64,000 nt of DNA from a virus (taxonomy: Duplodnaviria > Caudoviricetes), in the IMG/VR virus record IMGVR_UViG_3300027566_000003. One strand, 5' to 3'. The translations under genes were made by a program, and so were the position numbers. How positions within the stretch are numbered: position 1 is the stretch's first letter; every line of letters starts with the position of its first letter. Below are positions 54,861 through 62,630 of the stretch, piece after piece. The notes below the pieces were generated by a model. That model saw only the letters and a list, made by a program, of their open reading frames with translations, made no database searches and was not told where the DNA came from.

Positions 54861-56210
54861 TTATTGAACCTCCCATTGAGCAACAATAGATTTAAAATAG
54901 TCAGATATTTTATCCATTGTTTTTTTGTTGACATTGTTTTCAATACCAATTTTCTTCCAAATATCGTTTGTTTTGCTAAAGTCTAAAGTTTTTAATATTT
55001 TAGTCAATTGATTTTTCCAATCATCACCATATTTTTGTTTAACTAATTCACCTAAAACAACATATCCAATAAACATATTGTTTGATGAAACATATGAATT
55101 CTCTCTCGCTTCAGTTAATTTACTGTTAAAAGATTCATAATTTACACCAATACAAATATTAAAAAGTTTTATTAAAAACTCTTCTACATTTTCTGACTCT
55201 GTAATAGGTAAATTTTTTAAATCATATACATAATCAATCGTTTTTGACAAAGTGTCAAACGTAACTAGTTTATTTTCAACTTTTAGCTCTTGTTCATTTA
55301 ATCCAATGCGGTTAAACATTTCATTTTTCTTTTGCTTTTCATTAATTGATCTTGCAGTTAACATATTAATATTGCTAGAACTTTTATACTGGATGGATTC
55401 CGGTGGGATGGGTGCTGCCAAACTTTCTTGTTCAATTATTTCATTCGCTCTTTCTTCTGTAACATGATGAATATAAATACTAGTTACCCTCTGAATGTCC
55501 TTACTTTTTTCAATGCATTTTAGCATTCCCCCTGTCCGATTTGCTCCGTCAATTATGTCCACTGACGTAGATATACCATCAGGTTCAATTAATAAGGTTC
55601 TTGCTTTACTATCATATTTAAATTTCTGAATGCCTTTTATCTTGCGTATATTCCATGTTATGGCATTGGGGCAAAACGTATTATTTAACATAGAGTTGGC
55701 GATTTCAGCAACTTTATCTGGGTCAATATCAATGGATTCAATTATTTTGTTTCCACTTTTCCTTTTCTGGAGTGGTCTTTGGGTGTTTGGGTTATATGTT
55801 AATAATCCATTTCCCATATACAAACCAATATTTTGATAAGTTTCTTTTGTACACAACCATTGAGACTCGCTGATTTGGTCAACATTGTGTAACATAATAT
55901 ATTTTACTTTTTCTTCTTCGGTTTTTTGATATGAATCTGCATATGATAATTCAATATCAGTAAACCACTCATTTGGCTTGATTTTTAATTCATGTGTAAA
56001 TTCATAAAGATGTTTTACAAATAAACATAATTCATTTTCTGTGAGATATACTAATGGAGTTACTTTGGTAAATATACCAGTAGTTCTACCTCGACTAATT
56101 CCTTTTTCAATCAACTTAGAAATAACCTTTTCTTGAATCTTAGTATCAACTGAATATTCTTCGACGATTAAATCTAAAACATCTTCAAGTTTTTGACGGT
56201 CTTGCTTCAT
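54861..56210 (-). CDS. DndB/DGQHR-like protein, SPbeta YopQ/SroE-like repressor
   Basis: LLTYNPNTQR, DIIDGANR, LDFSKTNDIWKKIG, versus recalled YopQ LLHYNPNAQR, DVLDGYHR, IDFSKKNKLWDELG; directly upstream of the sroF-like gene. Confidence 0.75.
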   Translation of the reverse strand: MKQDRQKLEDVLDLIVEEYSVDTKIQEKVISKLIEKGISRGRTTGIFTKVTPLVYLTENELCLFVKHLYEFTHELKIKPNEWFTDIELSYADSYQKTEEEKVKYIMLHNVDQISESQWLCTKETYQNIGLYMGNGLLTYNPNTQRPLQKRKSGNKIIESIDIDPDKVAEIANSMLNNTFCPNAITWNIRKIKGIQKFKYDSKARTLLIEPDGISTSVDIIDGANRTGGMLKCIEKSKDIQRVTSIYIHHVTEERANEIIEQESLAAPIPPESIQYKSSSNINMLTARSINEKQKKNEMFNRIGLNEQELKVENKLVTFDTLSKTIDYVYDLKNLPITESENVEEFLIKLFNICIGVNYESFNSKLTEARENSYVSSNNMFIGYVVLGELVKQKYGDDWKNQLTKILKTLDFSKTNDIWKKIGIENNVNKKTMDKISDYFKSIVAQWEVQ

Positions 56211-56239
56211 GTTTATTCCTCCTTGGATATTAATTTAAT

Positions 56240-56290
56240 TGATACATGTAATTTGTATCAATATGTATCAATATGTATCAATATGTATCA
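56240..56290. repeat. Four tandem 10-bp repeats (AT[A/T]TGTATCA) plus one inverted TGATACA, in the sroE-like 5' leader
   Basis: 56251-60 ATTTGTATCA; 56261-70, 56271-80, 56281-90 ATATGTATCA; TGATACA at 56240-46. Confidence 0.9.
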
Positions 56291-56297
56291 TAATTAT

Positions 56298-56326
56298 ATT
56301 ATATAATAGTATAAACAAAAAAGCAA
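56298..56326 (-). promoter_or_regulatory. Promoter for the sroE/sroF-like pair
   Basis: TTGCTT-17 bp-TATAAT immediately upstream of the repeats. Confidence 0.6.
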
Positions 56327-56427
56327 GATATAATTCACTTAAAGATATATGTTATTTGATTATGTTTGGTCTTGTTTTGTTGTGTTGTTATTGGTTGGAT
56401 GGATTTTGGTTTAAGGGTATCGTTGTC

Positions 56428-57135
56428 TTAAGGTTTTTGTTTTGAGTCTAGTAAGGGATAGATATAATTATAACCTATATTAGAAATACTTAGCAACTCT
56501 AAAAGTAAACCGAAACAACTTGATATGACAATTATTTTTATATTAAAGAGCAAGAAGATGGTCATTAATACGGCCCATATGGATAAATAATATAATGACC
56601 ATCGTTTAAATTTATGACGTTCTAATTGTTCTGCAATTGGTTTATTTGGCGTGTCTCTTGGAATATAGCGATAAACTATATATAATGTCATAACAACACA
56701 AAAAATAAATAAATACCAAATTCCTAAAAATGGCCAATATTGGAGAGTGTATTTTACTATTAGCGATGTTGTAATGAATTGAATTAAAGATATTACTGTA
56801 CATTTATTATATGTTTTAAAATGATATCCACCTGCCATTGGTCTTAAAGACATAAAAGTTAAGACTACTACAATGGCAGGTGAAAAGACTCCCAAGATTA
56901 ATGACAACAATACTAATAATAAACCTTTAAATACCGCACCAACAGGAAACATGAATGCTAGACTATATACGCTTATAAGTTCTTCAGTGGTTTTTATTTT
57001 TTTAATATTAAACTTATGAGAGAGTTGTGGAAATACCCCTGCGATCCATCCCCAAGCATATTCAATTTGATCTAATGGTACTTTCTTTACCATTTTATGA
57101 GCTAAATTATTTGATATAATTTGAATTAGATTCAT
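56428..57135 (-). CDS. agrB: AgrB-like autoinducing-peptide processing membrane protease
   Basis: LRPMAGGYHFKTYNKC (R-x-x-A-G-G-x-H...C catalytic signature), PRDTPNKPI, multiple TM segments. Confidence 0.9.
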   Translation of the reverse strand: MNLIQIISNNLAHKMVKKVPLDQIEYAWGWIAGVFPQLSHKFNIKKIKTTEELISVYSLAFMFPVGAVFKGLLLVLLSLILGVFSPAIVVVLTFMSLRPMAGGYHFKTYNKCTVISLIQFITTSLIVKYTLQYWPFLGIWYLFIFCVVMTLYIVYRYIPRDTPNKPIAEQLERHKFKRWSLYYLSIWAVLMTIFLLFNIKIIVISSCFGLLLELLSISNIGYNYIYPLLDSKQKP

Positions 57136-57151
57136 TTAAACTCCTTTCAAT

Positions 57152-57955
57152 TTAGGCAAATGCTACTTGCCTCCCTGTATTATAGTTATTTTGATATTGA
57201 AATGTTTTTTGTGTTCTCTCTTTGTTAAAAGTTTCTAGAACTTCAATAGCAAACTTTTCAGGAACATCTAAAGGAATATATCCGTCTGCCTTACCAAGTC
57301 CAACGGCAACTTTCATCATTAATTCTTTCGAACATTCTGCTACTTTTTCTACTACTCCTGATCCTGAAATTAATCTTCTTTTACTGATTGTGTCTTCTAA
57401 TTCACAACAAATGATAGAATCACATCTTAAACCATGCTCCTTTCCTATAAAAACATGAGTCGGTAATGGCGGTTTACTGCCTACACGACTAGTTATTGCT
57501 AAAACCTTTGTGTTACTACTGAATAAATTACCTTTTGGATTTTGCACCACGAGCACAGGTCGATGTCCTATCACCTCTGAATCAATCCCACTGTCAGAAA
57601 AATTACAAAAATATATTCCTCCACGTTCTATTTTTATATTTCTAATTTTTTCTAAATCATTATTTGTATAATTAGAATATCCACAAGCCAAAGTCAAATC
57701 CTTAAACGAAACTCGCCCTTGAGAATTATCAGAAATTACCTTTAGAAATGTTATATCTGGGTATGTAGACATTTTAGTCTTAATTACACCCTCCATATAA
57801 TCCCCGCTAACCTTACAATCTGCTGCAAAATTATCAATTGATCTATTACCTTTTGCAAGTATAACGTAATTTGCAAGTTTCTTAAAATCTTTTTTAGCAT
57901 TTTCCTCAGTATTAGATTTCCTAGTAATTAATTTGTTAAACATATCAATACACAT
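57152..57955 (-). CDS. Fusion of an N-terminal XRE-like HTH and a C-terminal PemK/MazF endoribonuclease
   Basis: KGNRSIDNFAADCKVS...YPDITFLKVISDNSQGRVSFKDLTLACGY; then ERGGIYF...GHRPVLVVQN...LAITS...LPTHV...DSIICCE. Confidence 0.8.
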   Translation of the reverse strand: MCIDMFNKLITRKSNTEENAKKDFKKLANYVILAKGNRSIDNFAADCKVSGDYMEGVIKTKMSTYPDITFLKVISDNSQGRVSFKDLTLACGYSNYTNNDLEKIRNIKIERGGIYFCNFSDSGIDSEVIGHRPVLVVQNPKGNLFSSNTKVLAITSRVGSKPPLPTHVFIGKEHGLRCDSIICCELEDTISKRRLISGSGVVEKVAECSKELMMKVAVGLGKADGYIPLDVPEKFAIEVLETFNKERTQKTFQYQNNYNTGRQVAFA

Positions 57956-58004
57956 CCTTTTTATTTTTAGTAAGATATTTCAATATTCGGTATTTAATAA
58001 TATA

Positions 58005-58034
58005 ATTATATCTTACAATGGATATGTATGTCAA
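58005..58034 (-). promoter_or_regulatory. Promoter for the HTH-mazF and agrB unit
   Basis: TTGACA-18 bp-TATAAT. Confidence 0.65.
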
Positions 58035-58072
58035 TATATATTTTATTTTTTGTCATTACATTATTTTATGAT

Positions 58073-58100
58073 TATAGGGAAGACCGTAGCCTTCCCTATA
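58073..58100. terminator. Stem-loop just after agrD
   Basis: TATAGGGAAG-8 nt-CTTCCCTATA; no U-tract on the minus strand. Confidence 0.45.
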
Positions 58101-58112
58101 TGTAATATGAAC

Positions 58113-58232
58113 TTATTCGAAACATTTAAGGGTTTCTGGTTGATAACTCCACATTGCGGAAGCTAAACATAAGGAACATACTGTAGCAATTGTGATAAGA
58201 CATCCTGCAATAATAGTATATTTGTTTTTCAT
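58113..58232 (-). CDS. agrD: AgrD-like cyclic autoinducer peptide precursor (39 aa); not in ORF track
   Basis: AAGGAGG RBS; TAATG overlap with the upstream gene; MKNKYTIIAGCLITIATVCSLCLASAMWSYQPETLKCFE*, with a hydrophobic leader and a clostridial-type xxWxY-QP-E..K tail. Confidence 0.8.
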   Translation of the reverse strand: MKNKYTIIAGCLITIATVCSLCLASAMWSYQPETLKCFE

Positions 58233-59062
58233 TAGAATTCACCTCCTTTTTCATTAATTTTTACATCATCCATTACTATATCCTGCGTAGCAAGATTTTC
58301 GTATGTCTGGTGTATTCTTTTTTCAACTTTTAGGATATAATTAACTATTAATAATATAAATGTTATAGTAATCGTCGGGATAATAAACATCATAACTACT
58401 ATAATTAATTGTTCAAAAAACGATAAATTTATTAAAATTAAATCTATTCCTATTAGTTTAATTAAGTAAATCATTGTAATCATTATACCTATCAATAAAC
58501 TAAACATTGATCTTTTTAAGAAACTATTTTTTAGTATTATATCAAATAACTTAATTTTTACATCTTCACTTTTTTTTACTATTAAGTATGTCAATATAGA
58601 ATATTCTATTACTCTTGCTGGTAATGAACATAAAAAATTCAAAATAAAGTTGGAGTTTATGTATAAGATATTTGTTTTTGTGAGAGATAATATTAACGGG
58701 TAGTAGCATTCTAATATTGAAATAATGAAAATTCCTAATATTGTATAAAACAATGCTTTAAAGTATTTAATCTTCTCTTGAAGTAAATTATTATTTTTTA
58801 TAACAACTAATGTTAATAAATATAATACTAGTATACCAGTTATTTGGGCAATAGATTTTGAAATATTTGTTAATCTTGCAAAACTTATTATAAAAGACAT
58901 TCCAATTGCTGGTAAAGCGACCCATTTTATATTATCTTTCCACATTCTGATATCTAATAAATCATCTCTACTTATACCTATTAATACTATTGCTACAACG
59001 AACAATTCTTCTGGTAAACTTACTAAAAACATGTTTAATAAGGCATTAATTGTACTTTGCAT
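58232..59062 (-). CDS. Polytopic membrane protein resembling an AgrC/VirS sensor domain, without kinase domains
   Basis: 276 aa, about 7 hydrophobic segments, short cytoplasmic tail; no H-box or HATPase motifs; translationally coupled to agrD. Confidence 0.6.
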   Translation of the reverse strand: MQSTINALLNMFLVSLPEELFVVAIVLIGISRDDLLDIRMWKDNIKWVALPAIGMSFIISFARLTNISKSIAQITGILVLYLLTLVVIKNNNLLQEKIKYFKALFYTILGIFIISILECYYPLILSLTKTNILYINSNFILNFLCSLPARVIEYSILTYLIVKKSEDVKIKLFDIILKNSFLKRSMFSLLIGIMITMIYLIKLIGIDLILINLSFFEQLIIVVMMFIIPTITITFILLIVNYILKVEKRIHQTYENLATQDIVMDDVKINEKGGEF

Positions 59063-59114
59063 ATGTATCTACTCCCTATCTCTTATTATTTATCTTATTA
59101 TTTATCTTAGGATA

Positions 59115-59144
59115 ATTATACCATATGCAAAGTATATAAGTCAA
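59115..59144 (-). promoter_or_regulatory. Promoter for the sensor-like gene and agrD
   Basis: TTGACT-18 bp-TATAAT with TGn extended -10. Confidence 0.65.
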
Positions 59145-59153
59145 TAAATAATT

Positions 59154-59717
59154 TTATATTTTGTTTATTATATGTATTTGGTTGGACGCTTTTATGGAAT
59201 TGTAAGTAATTATAAATACAAACGATCTGAATATTAAATCCCCTGGCGACATACAACACCATCCGAAATCCCACACATCACAAAGCGGTATCATTTTTGT
59301 AAATTCATCTCCCATTATATGATAGTCTCCATACGGTAATGCTTTAACAAACATATCATGTTTTGCATATCCAGTTGCCCATGAGTTAGAAAAAAATACT
59401 GGCATTTTCCCTGAATTAGCTCTTATTGCAATTGTATTAAGTATACTACCTATCCAAACAAGAGGAATAAAACAAAAATATAACTTCATTTTATTATAAG
59501 ATATCGCCAATAATAAGAAACAACTTAAATAAACAGTTTTAAATAAATATGTATATTTAACTAAAGAATAATCACCTTGCCAAATTGTCGATTCAAGATA
59601 AATGTATAGAAGCACCATAAACATAACAGGGTAAATACTCCATTTTTTAAAAATAGGAAGTATTTTATAGTTATTCCATTTGGCAACTAAAAAAGATAAG
59701 AAAACAGTTTCAATCAT
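59154..59717 (-). CDS. DUF5317-like membrane protein
   Basis: GSILNTIAIRANSGKMPV and LCDVWD...SPGD signature; multi-TM. Confidence 0.65.
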   Translation of the reverse strand: MIETVFLSFLVAKWNNYKILPIFKKWSIYPVMFMVLLYIYLESTIWQGDYSLVKYTYLFKTVYLSCFLLLAISYNKMKLYFCFIPLVWIGSILNTIAIRANSGKMPVFFSNSWATGYAKHDMFVKALPYGDYHIMGDEFTKMIPLCDVWDFGWCCMSPGDLIFRSFVFIITYNSIKASNQIHIINKI

Positions 59718-59764
59718 TCTATATTATTTTCTCCTTTATTATTTATTATTTTATTTATGTATTA

Positions 59765-61381
59765 TTACGGAGGTTCATCATCTTTTTTAATCATATTCTC
59801 ATAGTCTACCAAATACATCCATCTATAACCTTTTGCAAACTCACGAACTTTATTAGTATCTGATCTTATCCTCTTGGTCAAACAACTACTAATTGCAGAG
59901 TTATTCGCAAGACCTAAATCTTTTGTTGCATCTCTCACAGAATTATATTGTTTAACAAATTTATAATCCTTAGATAAACAAATAATTTTTATAGTTCCTG
60001 TTTGATGATAATCATCTGGTTTAATTAAGATATTGTTCCAAATTGAATAACTTATAGCACCTTTAGTTGCTCCTACATATTCAGCAACTTCATCAAAATT
60101 ATAACCATTATCTAATAATCTTTGTGCTTCTTCTACGTCCCAATCTCTTCTTGTATTTTTACTATCATCAATATATTCTGGCATTTCTTTAATATATGGG
60201 AAAAACATCTGTATTGCTTCCAAAGGAGAATAATCTCTGTGGTCTAAATCTATGTAATTATATTTATTATCTATTGCAAATTGCTTTTTAAGTTTATCTC
60301 GCGCCATATGTATTTCATCATCATGATATTCGCTTTGACATTCTATTAATAGATTTAATCTTGGAACATAAATATCATATTTGCTTACACCATTTTTATC
60401 TGTTCTAAATCCTATATCATATTCCCATTTTGTATCATGATCTTCATGCTTAAATACTTGTTTAAGCGTTGTTGCCATTCTAGACTCTACTTTTTCTCTT
60501 ACACATTCAGGACATCCAAAATTACAATTTTTTGCACTATATATTATTTGTGGATAATCTTCATGTTTACACTCTTTACATTTCCACCAAACTTTTGTAC
60601 TGCTTCCTGGGGTATATTCATATGGAGATTTATTATTTTTATCAGACCAAATTTCTATTGTTTGAGGATATAAATATCCTAAACTATCATATTTATGTAC
60701 TTTTACACGCGAATTACAATACCCACACCTCCCTCCACTAATAAATTCTCCGCAAAGAATATCATAACTCCCATGGTAATCTTTTTCTTGGCATTTAATC
60801 CAAACTTTTCTATTAGTATATTTAGTGTATTTAAAAGGGTCAATTGTATTTTTATCATAGTCCCAATATAATTCTAACGCAGTAACACCAAACGAATCTA
60901 TTAAAAATTGTCCAAAACTATCTTTAGGATGTACAGAATTTTGTCCTTTACAATAACTACATCTATTACCTCTTATAAAATCCGAACCACTAATTTGATA
61001 ACTTCCATGATAGTTTTTCTTTCTACAAAAGATATAAAATTTTTTGTAATTATTATAATTAATTTTCCAAGGATCAATGCCTAATTCATTATTCTTCTCA
61101 TAATCCCAATATTCTTTAAGAAAATCTTCTCCTAAATTATCTATCCCCCATTCTGCGAATGTATAACACAATCCACAACTACTTTTAGATTTTCTATTTA
61201 TAATACCAGAAGGACTGACTAACCAATCCTTGCCGCACGTACAAGTATGTAGTATTTTAGTATTAGCACCAATATATTCAACTCCTTCTTTTAACTTTAT
61301 ATTTGTATCATATTTTAAATTATATTCTTCTAATTCTTGTTTATATTGTTCTGTTGTCTTCTTATTAGTTTTCTTAGTCAA
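59765..61381 (-). CDS. Putative homing endonuclease: Zn-ribbon repeats, PD-(D/E)xK-like domain and NUMOD1-like tail
   Basis: Three WDYEKN...K(V)W.(C)...H.SY...R.C.YC units; YDIYVPRLNLLIECQSEYH; KQYNSVRDATKDLG...AISSCL...KGYRWMY. Confidence 0.65.
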   Translation of the reverse strand: MTKKTNKKTTEQYKQELEEYNLKYDTNIKLKEGVEYIGANTKILHTCTCGKDWLVSPSGIINRKSKSSCGLCYTFAEWGIDNLGEDFLKEYWDYEKNNELGIDPWKINYNNYKKFYIFCRKKNYHGSYQISGSDFIRGNRCSYCKGQNSVHPKDSFGQFLIDSFGVTALELYWDYDKNTIDPFKYTKYTNRKVWIKCQEKDYHGSYDILCGEFISGGRCGYCNSRVKVHKYDSLGYLYPQTIEIWSDKNNKSPYEYTPGSSTKVWWKCKECKHEDYPQIIYSAKNCNFGCPECVREKVESRMATTLKQVFKHEDHDTKWEYDIGFRTDKNGVSKYDIYVPRLNLLIECQSEYHDDEIHMARDKLKKQFAIDNKYNYIDLDHRDYSPLEAIQMFFPYIKEMPEYIDDSKNTRRDWDVEEAQRLLDNGYNFDEVAEYVGATKGAISYSIWNNILIKPDDYHQTGTIKIICLSKDYKFVKQYNSVRDATKDLGLANNSAISSCLTKRIRSDTNKVREFAKGYRWMYLVDYENMIKKDDEPP

Positions 61382-61412
61382 TATTTAATTTATTTCCTCC
61401 TCTTTATTTTTA

Positions 61413-61832
61413 TTATGCATAAACTACACCATTTTTATTTCTTAATTCTACCAATCCAAACTGTATACCGATTCCTCTATCAATTCTTAACATAGTTTCC
61501 TCATCGCATTGTCCTATTTTTTCTTCAATCAAATCTCTCGTGACTGGCATGGACTGTTCGCAGAGAGCAATAGAATCCATTTTTAGGCCAGAATTTCTAC
61601 TGATGGGTATATGAGTAGGTAATTTTGATTTTGTGGTCACAGAAGTTAAAGGACATATATGTAGTACATTGGAATATTGATTACAGGCGTTGTTGCTAAT
61701 TATCACTACGGGACGCTTAAATTGTTGGATAGATCCATTACTGTTGGGAAGATTTGCAATATAGATATCGCCCCTCTTAATCTCTTTTTGAGCTTGAACA
61801 TTATTTATTGTTTGTTTCATAATACTAATCAC
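61413..61832 (-). CDS. mazF: Orphan PemK/MazF endoribonuclease
   Basis: KRGDIYIANL...KRPVVIISN...PLTS...LPTHI...DSIALCEQ; no antitoxin-like neighbour. Confidence 0.85.
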   Translation of the reverse strand: MISIMKQTINNVQAQKEIKRGDIYIANLPNSNGSIQQFKRPVVIISNNACNQYSNVLHICPLTSVTTKSKLPTHIPISRNSGLKMDSIALCEQSMPVTRDLIEEKIGQCDEETMLRIDRGIGIQFGLVELRNKNGVVYA

Positions 61833-61864
61833 TCCTTTTTATTTTCTTATGATTAGTATTATGA
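61817..61864 (-). promoter_or_regulatory. Perfect 15-bp inverted repeat that would sequester the mazF start codon region
   Basis: TCATAATACTAATCA 61817-31 / TGATTAGTATTATGA 61850-64; the 18-nt loop holds AAAAAGGAG. Confidence 0.7.
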
Positions 61865-62630
61865 CCAATAATTTGTCCAATATACCTATTATTTTATAAA
61901 AATTTTATTTATATTGTATAACTATTACTTGCAATCAAAATTACATTCTAATTATTACCACCATAAACTATCCAAACACAAAGCAAACAAACTAACTACA
62001 TCATCAGCTTTCTCTTTTTGCGCATCTGTCATTTTGTATTCATCGATAGTTAAATAAATCTTTAAACCATCTAACATCCTATCAATACATTCTTGAAATG
62101 TAATTGTTTTCCCTTTGAACTCGTATTTATGAAAAGACGTATCAATACTATTTACTTCATTATACATAGATAATCTTTCATATAACCATAATTTAAATGT
62201 AAAATCCATCGACCAAGTTTCCTTTTCATCAAAACCATATATTTCTCTTTCTTTCGACCATTTCTCCTGTCTAGGATCATCTTTATTCCAACCTTGATGA
62301 GTATTATCCTCTTTTATACCGATGTCTTTAAGATATTTGCCTAACATTTAATTATCATCCTTAAATATTAAATCCTTTAAAAAACTTGTTTGCTAGGATT
62401 GTTTAAATAATTTACAATAATCTTCCCATACATTCATTGCAAGTATTTTCTATATATTTAACAATTTCACTATATGTCTCAAAACTTATTTTCTTGTTCT
62501 TCTCACAATTCTTACACTTATTAAGCGATCCTAATATAAAATTTACCTGTAATAATACACGTAATTTTATATATTCCCATTCTATCTTCAGTATTTTTAT
62601 ATGGCATGTTTCTCCTTTACTATTTATATT

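Noticed and set aside
54860-54949. Track N-terminal extension (MVLKT...) of the sroF-like ORF
   Set aside because: It overlaps the upstream gene in another frame; GGGAGG plus ATG at 54859 gives a YopR-sized protein.
56239-56445. 68-aa plus-strand ORF, or a CRISPR array at the 10-bp repeats
   Set aside because: The ORF is a by-product of the repeats and promoter and has no RBS. The repeats are contiguous 10-mers with no spacers, and there are no cas genes.
58232-59062. Calling this gene agrC histidine kinase
   Set aside because: No HisKA H-box or HATPase N/G boxes. RIHQTYEN only superficially resembles the HDYxN H-box.
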